Below are positions 9,039 through 18,159 of a DNA stretch of 49,670 bases, in pieces. The stretch covers positions 1 to 49,670 of the forward strand of contig JBBCAX010000216.1 of NCBI GenBank assembly GCA_051382335.1, given 5' to 3'. The translations under genes were made by a program, and so were the position numbers. Source of the DNA: Deltaproteobacteria bacterium TL4 (GTDB lineage: Bacteria > SAR324 > NAC60-12). Under the pieces are notes generated by a model. The model had not been told where the DNA came from and did not search any database. It saw nothing but the letters and a program-made list of their open reading frames with translations. Each line of letters begins with the position of its first letter. Position 1 is the first letter of the stretch.

Positions 9039-10283
9039 ATGGAAATTATTGATAACACACTGTGGATTGGAGAGGTTTCCACAAATGAAATTGTTCAACA
9101 GTACGGCTCTCCAGTTTATGTCTATGATGAACAGGTGATACGCTCTCAATATAGACAGCTTGCGGAAAGTTTTCCGCATGTTTCCCTGCACGTGCATTAT
9201 GCCATGAAGGCGAATTCCAATCCTGCAATTCTTCGCATTTTGCTTCAGGAGGGATCCTGGATTGATGCTGTTTCACCTTTTGAGGTTCGCTTGGCTTTGG
9301 AAACGGGGTTTTCTCCTGCGCAGATTCTGTTTACAGGGAATAATATTACCCAAGAAGAGTTGGAATACTGCTTGGAACAGAAGGTTGCAATCAATATAGA
9401 ATCGTTAACCTGGCTGGAGCGTTTGGGGCAATTGAATCTTGGAGGCAAAGTATCGATTCGGATTAATCCTGGGATCGGGGCAGGATATCACGCGCACTGC
9501 ATCACAGGAGGGCCCCAATCAAAATTTGGTATTTATTATGATCAAATGGATCAGGCCATAAACATTGCAAAACAATCTGGGCTTTCTATTAATGGAATCC
9601 ATTCGCACATTGGAACAGGCATATTTGAAGCGGAGCCGATGTTAGAGGCCATGGACATGACCCTCAACGTGGCTCGTCAGATACCTGGGTTGCAGTTTAT
9701 CGATTTTGGTGGTGGCTTTGCTATTCCTTATAAATCGGAGCAACAACCTCTGAATGTTGAGGACCTGGGTAAAAGAATGAGTGAGCGTTTTTCAGATTTT
9801 TGTGAGAACTATGGCTGTTCTTTGAATATGAAGATTGAGCCGGGACGGTTTTTGGTGGCCTCAGCAGGATTTCTTATTGCTACTGTGAATACCCTGAAAA
9901 CAACGCCACGATATCGTTTTGCTGGAGTTAATTCAGGGTTCAATCATTTGGTCCGTCCCACAATGTACGGTTCCTATCATAAAATTTATAATGCTTCCCG
10001 TATGCAAGGTGAAGAAGAATCTGTGGTGATTGTGGGCAATATTTGTGAGAGTGGAGATATCTTTTCGCGCAGCAATAAGGATCAAATCGAACGACTCATT
10101 CCCAGACTACAACTAGGAGATCATATTGCCATTGCGGATGTTGGCGCCTATGGTATGGCGATGAGTTCTCAATATAACATGCGATCACGTCCCCCAGAAG
10201 TTCTGGTGAATGGAGGGACTTCCCGTTTAATACGTCAACGGGAAAGTTATGAGGATTTGATTCGTAATTATGTCAATGAGTGA
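9039..10283 (+). CDS. lysA: diaminopimelate decarboxylase
   Basis: YAMKAN PLP lysine, SKFG, HSHIG, DFGGG, EPGR, GNICESGD, GAYG...SQYN motifs. Confidence 0.93.
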   Translation: MEIIDNTLWIGEVSTNEIVQQYGSPVYVYDEQVIRSQYRQLAESFPHVSLHVHYAMKANSNPAILRILLQEGSWIDAVSPFEVRLALETGFSPAQILFTGNNITQEELEYCLEQKVAINIESLTWLERLGQLNLGGKVSIRINPGIGAGYHAHCITGGPQSKFGIYYDQMDQAINIAKQSGLSINGIHSHIGTGIFEAEPMLEAMDMTLNVARQIPGLQFIDFGGGFAIPYKSEQQPLNVEDLGKRMSERFSDFCENYGCSLNMKIEPGRFLVASAGFLIATVNTLKTTPRYRFAGVNSGFNHLVRPTMYGSYHKIYNASRMQGEEESVVIVGNICESGDIFSRSNKDQIERLIPRLQLGDHIAIADVGAYGMAMSSQYNMRSRPPEVLVNGGTSRLIRQRESYEDLIRNYVNE

Positions 10284-12364
10284 GGAGTATGAAAAATCTT
10301 TGGAATGAACAAGACGCCTCCCAATGCCAAGGGGATTCGTTAGAAATTCGAGTTTATACATCAAGATTGCTGGGCGCAGAGCCGAATTTGGTTCTTCATG
10401 GAGGGGGCAATACTTCTGTAAAGCTTAAAATCAAAGATCTCTTTGGCGAGGAACAGGAGGTTTTGTATGTTAAGGGCAGCGGGGTTGATTTAGGACGTAT
10501 TGATGTCAAAGGCTTTGTAGGCTTGGATCTCAAACATCTTCAAAAACTCCGACGTTTGGAGGTACTTTCTGATCTGGCAATGGAAAATCAATTACAGACA
10601 CATCAAATTCAGGCGACCTTGCTCGCTCCTTCTGTAGAAGCCTTGCTTCATGCCTTTCTTCCCCATAAATATGTGGATCACACTCATGCCGACAGCATTC
10701 TGACCCTAACTAATCAGAACAATGGAGAGTTTCTTATAAAAGATGCTTTGGGATCGCGAGTGGGAATCCTTCCTTATGTTATTTCCGGCTTACCTTTGGC
10801 TAAAAGTGTTGCGCAATTATATGACGAAAATCCAGAGCTCGAAGCGATTGTGATTTTGAATCATGGCATTTTTACTTTTGGAGATGAGGCAAAAACTTCC
10901 TATGAACGAATGATCGAATATGTGGATCGAGCAGAACGGTACATAGAGAAAAAAGCCAAAGACCGCTTCGCGCTTGGAACGACACCTGACTCTATTAATA
11001 AAAGTCGGGCGGCAAGAGTGATTCAGACAATTCGAGGCGCATGTGCCTATCAGGAAACCGATGGACAGTGGCATCGTTTTTATGCGGATGTCCAGGCGCA
11101 TCCCTTGTTGATTCAGGCTTCTCAGTCTCCGGATGCTCACTCTTTGTGTCAAAGTGGAGTCATCACTCCCGATCATGCGATTCGGACAAAAAACAAATTT
11201 ATTTTCCTCGAACATCTCCCTGAAGACGATAGTGAACTGAAGCACGTTGTGGAACATGCGGTTCAGCAGTATATCCTTGAGTACGATCAATATTTTGCGA
11301 ATTACTCAAAAAATCAGTCAGGTTTGCAGAAATTAGATTCGCTTCCAAGAGTTTTTTTGGTTTCAGGCATAGGCATTGTTGCCTTGGGAGAAACGAGAAA
11401 AGCGGCACAAGTTGCCTCGGATATTGCAAAACATACGATAGAAGTAAAACTTCATGCGGAAAGCATGGGAGGCTATGAGGCAATTGAAGAATTTCACGTT
11501 TTTGAGATGGAATATTGGGTTTTTCAACAAAGAAAACTCGGCAGAGTTGCTCCGTTACCCTTACAAGGGCAAGTTGCTTTGATTACAGGTGCCGGGGGGG
11601 CCATCGGTTTTGGTATTGCGGACCGTCTGCTGGCGGCCGGTGCTGTTGTGGTTCTTGCGGATATTGACGCGCCTCTGGTCCAAAAAGCTCACTCACTGTT
11701 GGTGGAACGATATCATGAAAGCCGAGTGGCGTCTTTGGTGATGGATGTGACGAATTATGACGCCATTCAGAAGGCGTTTGATGAAGTCAGTTATGAGTTA
11801 GGAGGGTTGGATTTACTGGTTCCAAATGCCGGTATTGCCCATGTTGCTAAAATTGAAACCCTGGATCCTGCCAAGTTTCAACAAGTCCTTGCGGTTAACC
11901 TGATGGGAACTTTTAATGTGATTAAAGCGTCTATTCCTATCTTTAGACGGCAAGGAACCGGAGGGAACATTGTTTTGATCAGCTCTAAAAATGTTTTTGA
12001 CCCCGGAGCCGCATTCGGTGCTTACAGCGCCTCTAAGGCCGCTGCTCACCAAATATCCAGAATTGCTTCATTGGAATTGGCAGAATATGGAGTGCGAGTG
12101 AATATGGTGAATCCTGATGCCGTGTTTGGAGATCAAAAGGTTTCTTCAAAACTATGGGATTTGATTGGACCTGATCGGATGAAGTCCAGGGGCTTAGATC
12201 CTGAGGGGCTGAAAGAGTATTATCGTCAAAGGAATTTGCTGAAAATTTCTGTACTTCCGGAACATGTTGGAAATGTTGTCGTCTTTTTTGCGAGTAATCA
12301 AAGTCCTACAACCGGTGCTACCATTCCGGTTGATGGAGGGGTTCCTTCTGCCGCACCCCGTTAA
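10280..12364 (+). CDS. bifunctional class II aldolase / short-chain dehydrogenase (RhaD-SDR, RhaEW-like)
   Basis: HGGGNTSVK, PSVE, HTH and NHG metal-site motifs in the N-half; TGAGGAIG, NAG, YSASK in the C-half. GTGA overlap with the lysA stop (alternative ATG at 10289). Confidence 0.9.
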   Translation: MRSMKNLWNEQDASQCQGDSLEIRVYTSRLLGAEPNLVLHGGGNTSVKLKIKDLFGEEQEVLYVKGSGVDLGRIDVKGFVGLDLKHLQKLRRLEVLSDLAMENQLQTHQIQATLLAPSVEALLHAFLPHKYVDHTHADSILTLTNQNNGEFLIKDALGSRVGILPYVISGLPLAKSVAQLYDENPELEAIVILNHGIFTFGDEAKTSYERMIEYVDRAERYIEKKAKDRFALGTTPDSINKSRAARVIQTIRGACAYQETDGQWHRFYADVQAHPLLIQASQSPDAHSLCQSGVITPDHAIRTKNKFIFLEHLPEDDSELKHVVEHAVQQYILEYDQYFANYSKNQSGLQKLDSLPRVFLVSGIGIVALGETRKAAQVASDIAKHTIEVKLHAESMGGYEAIEEFHVFEMEYWVFQQRKLGRVAPLPLQGQVALITGAGGAIGFGIADRLLAAGAVVVLADIDAPLVQKAHSLLVERYHESRVASLVMDVTNYDAIQKAFDEVSYELGGLDLLVPNAGIAHVAKIETLDPAKFQQVLAVNLMGTFNVIKASIPIFRRQGTGGNIVLISSKNVFDPGAAFGAYSASKAAAHQISRIASLELAEYGVRVNMVNPDAVFGDQKVSSKLWDLIGPDRMKSRGLDPEGLKEYYRQRNLLKISVLPEHVGNVVVFFASNQSPTTGATIPVDGGVPSAAPR

Positions 12365-12401
12365 AGCAAATCCTGCCATTCTCAAGGCGTCGACGTTTTT
12401 A

Positions 12402-12432
12402 AAGATCCCAAAGAGCAATCCTTTGGGATCTT
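12402..12432. other. intergenic perfect 12-bp hairpin (possible mRNA stabiliser or attenuator)
   Basis: AAGATCCCAAAG-agcaatc-CTTTGGGATCTT between the aldolase-SDR gene and lsrF; no U-tract on the + strand. Confidence 0.5.
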
Positions 12433-12505
12433 GGTTAAAGAGGATGATGGAAATCTATTTTAAATTTAAAATGTTTCAAAACAATCTAGATGAAAGGAAA
12501 TAATT

Positions 12506-13387
12506 ATGCCTGAAGCCGATGAACAGGAAATCAAAAATTATTATACAGAGATCCCTCAAGTAACCGAAGGTTTCTTTTTGAAAGGATCGAATTCTTTGGA
12601 TTGGGGAATGAAAAACAGATTAGCACAAATCTTTAATCCCAAAACCGGACGAACGGTGATGTTGGCTTTTGATCATGGATACTTCCAAGGTCCGACGACT
12701 GGCCTGGAACGTATTGATGTGACTATTCTTCCTTTAATTCCTTATGCGGATACCTTGATGTTGACCCGGGGAATTTTAAGAAGTATGATTCCTGCTTCGG
12801 CAACCAATTCCATTGTGCTTCGCGCTTCCGGGGGGCCTAGTATCCTCAAGGAACTTTCCAACGAAGACATTGCGGTGGATATTGAGGACTCCATTCGAGT
12901 CAATGCCAGCGCGATGGCTGTTCAGGTTTTTGTAGGAGGAGAATATGAAAAGCAATCCATCATCAACATGACTCGTTTGGTTGATAGGGGAATGCGGTAT
13001 GGCATTCCGACATTGGCCGTGACTGCCGTGGGTAAAAACATGGCCAGAGACGCAAAGTATTTCCGTCTGGCTACACGTATTTGTGCTGAACTCGGGGCAC
13101 ATTACGTTAAAACCTATTATATTGAGGAAGGTTTTGAAACGGTTACGTCTTGTTGTCCTGTTCCGATTGTGATTGCAGGAGGAAAGAAACAACCGGAGTT
13201 GGATGCATTAAAAATGGCCTACAAGGCAATTCAACAAGGAGCCAGTGGTGTCGATATGGGACGGAATATTTTTCAGTCTGAGTCTCCTGTGGGAATGATA
13301 CAAGCGGTGAGGGCGGTGGTTCATGATCAGGAAACCCCTGAAAAAGCTTTTGACTTATACAAAACGATTAAAAATCAAAAGAGCTAG
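12506..13387 (+). CDS. lsrF: 3-hydroxy-5-phosphonooxypentane-2,4-dione thiolase LsrF
   Basis: [60 protein letters not shown], all characteristic of LsrF. Confidence 0.93.
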   Translation: MPEADEQEIKNYYTEIPQVTEGFFLKGSNSLDWGMKNRLAQIFNPKTGRTVMLAFDHGYFQGPTTGLERIDVTILPLIPYADTLMLTRGILRSMIPASATNSIVLRASGGPSILKELSNEDIAVDIEDSIRVNASAMAVQVFVGGEYEKQSIINMTRLVDRGMRYGIPTLAVTAVGKNMARDAKYFRLATRICAELGAHYVKTYYIEEGFETVTSCCPVPIVIAGGKKQPELDALKMAYKAIQQGASGVDMGRNIFQSESPVGMIQAVRAVVHDQETPEKAFDLYKTIKNQKS

Positions 13388-13394
13388 TTTCTTT

Positions 13395-13428
13395 CAGTGA
13401 GCTCTTTTAAGGGCTCACTGCTGATTTT
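13395..13428 (+). terminator. probable intrinsic terminator after lsrF
   Basis: Hairpin CAGTGAGCTC-ttttaa-GGGCTCACTG (13395-13420) just after the stop codon, with a weak T-rich tail. Confidence 0.55.
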
Positions 13429-13573
13429 ATTGCAAGTGGAACCTGCCTTCTTTTTGATGACTCGAGATATAAGGTATTGGTATTGGTTTGTGACCAGTCA
13501 AGGAGTGGCCTTCTTTTTGAATGAGAACCTACAAGTCAGATATTTCTTAACTTTAGTGTGTTGAGAGGAAGGG

Positions 13574-14212
13574 ATGCAACCATCAAGTTCACAAAAAATC
13601 GTGATAGATTACTATCAGGAAGTTCGCTCTTGTAAAAAAAATGACTGTTCCCTTTGTTGTTCTGGAAAAAAACACTCTCCTTATTATTTTGCCTCAACTG
13701 CAATTGATGGAATTGAACGCCACGTGTATATTGGCTCAAAATTTCGTACGGTGACCTTACAGGATTTTCAAAAAAGTATTGTTGTTGAGGATGTTGCCCA
13801 GGAATCATGTGCTGATGAGACTGAAGAGACTATTTCCAGACATGATAAGCTTCTCATACTCCACTCCAAGGCTTTGAAAAAAGCGGGATTTTCAACTTCA
13901 GAATATATCCATAATTATAGGATAGAGGTTGTGAGAATTCCTAAAGCGAGCACAGATACTTTGGACGAAAGTGATGAGTCAGAAGATAGACCCCGTTTAC
14001 CCTCCGAACAAGAGTTTTTCAGTGATTTAAAACGTTTTAAAACCATACGGTTAAAGGATGTTAAATTTCAATACCGGAATTTGATTAAAAAATATCATCC
14101 GGATCGTTTTGGACACGATCATTATCATGTCCAGGAATGGATGAAAATAATTAATCAGGTTAACGAAACGCACTTACGGCGTAAACGTCGCCTGCCTGTG
14201 GATCCCTGCTGA
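13574..14212 (+). CDS. J-domain protein with an N-terminal Cys/His (DUF6788-like) module
   Basis: C-terminal VKFQYRNLIKKYHPDRF...MKIIN J-domain; N-terminal CKKNDCSLCCSGKKHSPYY...YIG motif; GGAAGGG RBS. Confidence 0.75.
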   Translation: MQPSSSQKIVIDYYQEVRSCKKNDCSLCCSGKKHSPYYFASTAIDGIERHVYIGSKFRTVTLQDFQKSIVVEDVAQESCADETEETISRHDKLLILHSKALKKAGFSTSEYIHNYRIEVVRIPKASTDTLDESDESEDRPRLPSEQEFFSDLKRFKTIRLKDVKFQYRNLIKKYHPDRFGHDHYHVQEWMKIINQVNETHLRRKRRLPVDPC

Positions 14213-14625
14213 GGAGGTGATCTACCTTGCTCAGATCCCGGGTTTGGCCTTTTTCTTGCTTGGAACAGGAGGAGGGAATTGCGGCTTTTAAACAGAAAAA
14301 CTGCCACGGTCTTTAAGCGACTACGCTGTTGTAATAACAGATAAAATAGACCAAAGAACCTCTGCCGAATAGCTTGCGTAGAAGGAAAAATTTTCCTGTT
14401 CCAAGTTGAGGAGAGACATCAATCACTACTCCCTTTTACAAAATCAGAAAGTAGAATTATTTGCTGTTTGACGAAGCAGAGATCAGCGGGACAGTCATAA
14501 CCATTCTTTTACAGTCGGAAAAAGTAAAAATTTGGACTAGAACCAAATTCCAAAGTCAATACCGATACCGATTTTGGATAACTTGAGATCTTCATCAAGG
14601 ATCTCCGTAAAATGGAATTCGATGA

Positions 14626-15897
14626 ATGAGCAAAAAAATATGCGTCTTTCTGCTTTCTATCAATATCGGCTTGCTTAGTTGGACATCCACCAGTCTTGCT
14701 CAATCCAGTTTTTTCCAACAAGAGTCCTATAGCTTTGACAATGAATTAGTCAGTGGATTCAGTGAAGATGGACGTATCAAAATTCTTCTGCTCACATTGG
14801 TTCCGATGGGGATGACGGAAACGGCATCAGAAGAAATATTAAAAGCTCTTTATCTCAATCTTTCCAATACTAACCACTTCACTCTCGTGGGGCCTTCTGA
14901 ATGGAGTGCTCAAATCCGTGCGCGAAATCCAAGCATGGCCGATTGCAATGATATCGCCTGCGGGATTGATATCGGAAAACGCTTAAATGCAGATATGGTC
15001 TTAGTAGGAAAAATCCGCACTCAAACCATTCTGGATGATCTCTCTGAAGAACAAGAAGGGATGGTACTGACCGTCAACATGGTTGATGTCATTACCAACA
15101 TCAATATTTTCAATGATGAGGTTCAATTTACTGACGACAATATGCATGATGCTTTGTTTCAACTGGCGGTAAGGGTTTCTGAAAGCACTCAGTTACGAGG
15201 GCACGTGTTAAGTATTAAGGAAAAAGAAATTTCTATCGATTTAGGCAGAGCTCACGGATTGAAAATTGGCCATCAACTGGTTATTTACAAACAATCCTCC
15301 CAAACCTCTGAACTTGATGGTCAGCCCTTAGGTTTGTCTCAAGTCAATATTGCTATTGCACAGGTTCACAGAATTAATGACCATAGTTCTGAGGCCATCG
15401 TTATGCAATCGCTGGAAGATGTTCAAAGTGGGGCGTTAATTAAAACATTCATTAATTTTGCTAAACAAATCCAACTCATTTCTGAAACACGCAGAGAGCT
15501 GGATTCTCAAAGACGTTTAGTTCCTCCTCGCCGTCCTTTGCAACTCACACCTGAATTTCTGGAAACACAAAATACGGGTAAAGATCGATGGGAGGCCAGT
15601 TTAGAGACAGCAAAAGTGTCCAAAACACGATGGCAATATGCGACTCTTGGTGCAGGTGTTGCGACATTAATTATCTTAAACAATAATTTCACCCCTTTTA
15701 CTGAAGATATTAACCGCATGCTGCCTCTATTTGCAGGCGGAGCGACCGTTTATTGTGGCTATAATTTTGTGCAGTATCGTAATGACGTGAATGCTCTTAT
15801 GGCAGAAGGACGAGTAAAAGGGTTTTTCTCGCAAATTAATTATCAATGGAATCTGAATCTCAATGCGGTCCAAGTAGCGTTGCACTATAAATTTTAA
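14626..15897 (+). CDS. exported protein with a CsgG/TolB-N-like alpha/beta domain and an FlgT C-terminal-like domain
   Basis: Signal peptide ending SLA; CNDIAC...IGKRLNADMVLVGKI motif; RGHVLSIKEKEISIDLGRAHGLKIG FlgT_C-like motif; C-terminal hydrophobic helices and terminal YKF. Confidence 0.65.
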   Translation: MSKKICVFLLSINIGLLSWTSTSLAQSSFFQQESYSFDNELVSGFSEDGRIKILLLTLVPMGMTETASEEILKALYLNLSNTNHFTLVGPSEWSAQIRARNPSMADCNDIACGIDIGKRLNADMVLVGKIRTQTILDDLSEEQEGMVLTVNMVDVITNINIFNDEVQFTDDNMHDALFQLAVRVSESTQLRGHVLSIKEKEISIDLGRAHGLKIGHQLVIYKQSSQTSELDGQPLGLSQVNIAIAQVHRINDHSSEAIVMQSLEDVQSGALIKTFINFAKQIQLISETRRELDSQRRLVPPRRPLQLTPEFLETQNTGKDRWEASLETAKVSKTRWQYATLGAGVATLIILNNNFTPFTEDINRMLPLFAGGATVYCGYNFVQYRNDVNALMAEGRVKGFFSQINYQWNLNLNAVQVALHYKF

Positions 15898-15956
15898 TCA
15901 TCATCACAATTCAACACTTGTTAATAGCAGAGCATTACCGTCGTTCCCTGGAAACT

Positions 15957-17087
15957 ATGAATAATAATTATTTTGACAAATGGTTTCGTAATTCCCTCAA
16001 TTTGGGAATATTTTTTATGCTAGGGTGCCTTGCCATACCTTCTGCCTCTTTAGCACAAATGGCTCCGTCCCTTAGTGTTGAATTTCGAACAGATGCAGAA
16101 ATCCGACAAAGTGATTCTCAATACGATCCAACTCCTAATCAATTGGTTTATTTGTTTAAAGTCCAACGAGCTCATCTCAACATGAGCGGAGATTTCAGCT
16201 CAAAACTTTCCTATCGTATGCGTTTGAGATGGAATGAATCATTTGAGGGACAAACCGATGGTACCAGCTTGGGATTGGAGTATTGGTATATTCAATCTTC
16301 TTTGAGCCAAGGCTTAAACCTCCGTTTGGGAAAACAATTTGTATTACAAGGCGGAAGAGAAGGCAGTTATAACAGTATGGATGTCTTGAAATATTCCAAA
16401 ATGGGTGAACGTCTGCAAGGACTTTATGAAGTTGGTTTGAGTGCTATTTATGAACCCGATGCCTCAGGATTGAAAGAACATGTCTTGATTTTTCAATTCC
16501 TCAACCAGCCCGGAGGAGGTAACTCAACGCAATCAGAGGCGGCGTTCAACCTTGCCTGGTATGGAACCGTGATGGAAGGGTTGTTTGAAACCATCGTTCA
16601 AATCGGGTCTTTTCCTCAAAATCGTTTATGCGACCTCTCTTCTCCGCCCTGTGGCCCTGATTGGAAATATTTCCAGCCTAAAACTATGATTTCCTTGGGG
16701 ACCAAAATCAACTGGACCCAGTTCACCTTTGATATTGATTTCCTTCAAGGCGAATTTGTTGGAAACAATGGTGACGGAAATCTTGTCAAACATCAAAATG
16801 AATCCTTTATCTTATTTATTCGCCAAAATGAAAGTGAGCTTTCAGAAGAAAAAGGAGAGCTTTTCCCCTTTCTCAAATGGATTTATGATAAATCGTCCCA
16901 ATCAGAATCCCAAGCTCAAGATTTGAAGAACAGACGCGAGCTGCACATTGGAACAGAATATTATCCAATAGCGGGTAATCACTCATATCGTTGGCATGCA
17001 ATGATTCTTTCCGACCAAAGCTCTTTACAAAGCTACAGCTATAGTGAATATCGCTTTAATATTGGAATCAGCGCCCGATTTGAATAG
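15957..17087 (+). CDS. putative outer-membrane porin (OprO/OprP-like)
   Basis: Signal peptide ending SLA; FKVQRAHLNMSG, YRMRLR and LRLGKQFV porin-like strands; amphipathic C-terminal strand. Start set at ATG 15957. Confidence 0.6.
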   Translation: MNNNYFDKWFRNSLNLGIFFMLGCLAIPSASLAQMAPSLSVEFRTDAEIRQSDSQYDPTPNQLVYLFKVQRAHLNMSGDFSSKLSYRMRLRWNESFEGQTDGTSLGLEYWYIQSSLSQGLNLRLGKQFVLQGGREGSYNSMDVLKYSKMGERLQGLYEVGLSAIYEPDASGLKEHVLIFQFLNQPGGGNSTQSEAAFNLAWYGTVMEGLFETIVQIGSFPQNRLCDLSSPPCGPDWKYFQPKTMISLGTKINWTQFTFDIDFLQGEFVGNNGDGNLVKHQNESFILFIRQNESELSEEKGELFPFLKWIYDKSSQSESQAQDLKNRRELHIGTEYYPIAGNHSYRWHAMILSDQSSLQSYSYSEYRFNIGISARFE

Positions 17088-17200
17088 CTTCGACCATCAT
17101 ACCTCCTCCGATTTGACTTGTTTTCTTATCGAGTTGCTCCATTTTATAAGTTTGTCTTTTGTTGCTCCGAGTCCCTTAACCACGATCAAGAAACACAACT

Positions 17201-18145
17201 ATGAGTAAAACCTGTGACCTCTCATTTGTCATTCCAGTTTACAATGAGCAAAGTTCTCTAACCCGACTGGTAGAATCCATTCAGTCCATCTTAAAAACTC
17301 AAAAAAAGTCTGCGGAAATTATCTTCATTGATGATGGAAGTACTGACAGATCACCGCAACTATTGAAGGAATTACAGGATCAAAGTTCGATCAAAATTAT
17401 TATCATTATCTTGCGTAAAAATTTTGGAAAATCTGCTGCCCTTTTTGCGGGAATACAAAAAGCCCGAGGTCAAATCATTGTAACCTTGGATGCTGATTTA
17501 CAAAATGACCCTCAGGATTTACCAAGCTTCCTTAAAGCTATGGATGAGGGGTTTGATATGGTCTGTGGATGGAGAGTGAATCGTCAGGATCCCTTGGAAA
17601 AACGTCTTCCTTCTAAATTTTTCAATTCGGTGACATCCAAAATGAGTGGATTGAACATTCACGATTTTAATTGCGGCTACAAAGCGTACCGGCGAGAAGT
17701 TCTCGAGGAAATTGTGCTCTATGGTGATATGCACCGATACACTCCTTTTCTTGCTCATAAACGAGGGTTCAAAGTCACTGAAATTCCTGTGACTCACCAT
17801 CCTCGTCTTCATGATTCGTCAAAATATCGTTTTGAACGCTATGCTCGGGGAGCCCTCGACCTTTTGACCGTTTTATTTTTAACAACCTACCTCGTCCGTC
17901 CTATGCACCTTTTTGGTTCGATAGGCGTCTTGACCATCTTTTCAGGAATACTCACTTTCATCTATCTCTTTTTTGGGCGATGGATTTGGGGGATCTCAAT
18001 CGGAAGCAGTCCCTTACTTGCCGTCAGTTTCTTGGCTATTGCCGTCGGAACACAAATTCTGGTCACAGGATTTCTTGCGGAATTGCTTGTCCACTGGAGA
18101 AAAACACTTCAACCCGAATTTTCAATCAAAAAAGTGGAGGATTAA
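17201..18145 (+). CDS. GT2 polyprenyl-phosphate glycosyltransferase (ArnC/GtrB/DPM1-like)
   Basis: VIPVYNE, IDDGSTD, NFGKSAAL, DADLQND, DFNCGYKAY motifs plus two C-terminal TM helices. Confidence 0.92.
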   Translation: MSKTCDLSFVIPVYNEQSSLTRLVESIQSILKTQKKSAEIIFIDDGSTDRSPQLLKELQDQSSIKIIIIILRKNFGKSAALFAGIQKARGQIIVTLDADLQNDPQDLPSFLKAMDEGFDMVCGWRVNRQDPLEKRLPSKFFNSVTSKMSGLNIHDFNCGYKAYRREVLEEIVLYGDMHRYTPFLAHKRGFKVTEIPVTHHPRLHDSSKYRFERYARGALDLLTVLFLTTYLVRPMHLFGSIGVLTIFSGILTFIYLFFGRWIWGISIGSSPLLAVSFLAIAVGTQILVTGFLAELLVHWRKTLQPEFSIKKVED

Positions 18146-18159
18146 GCACCAATTTGGGT

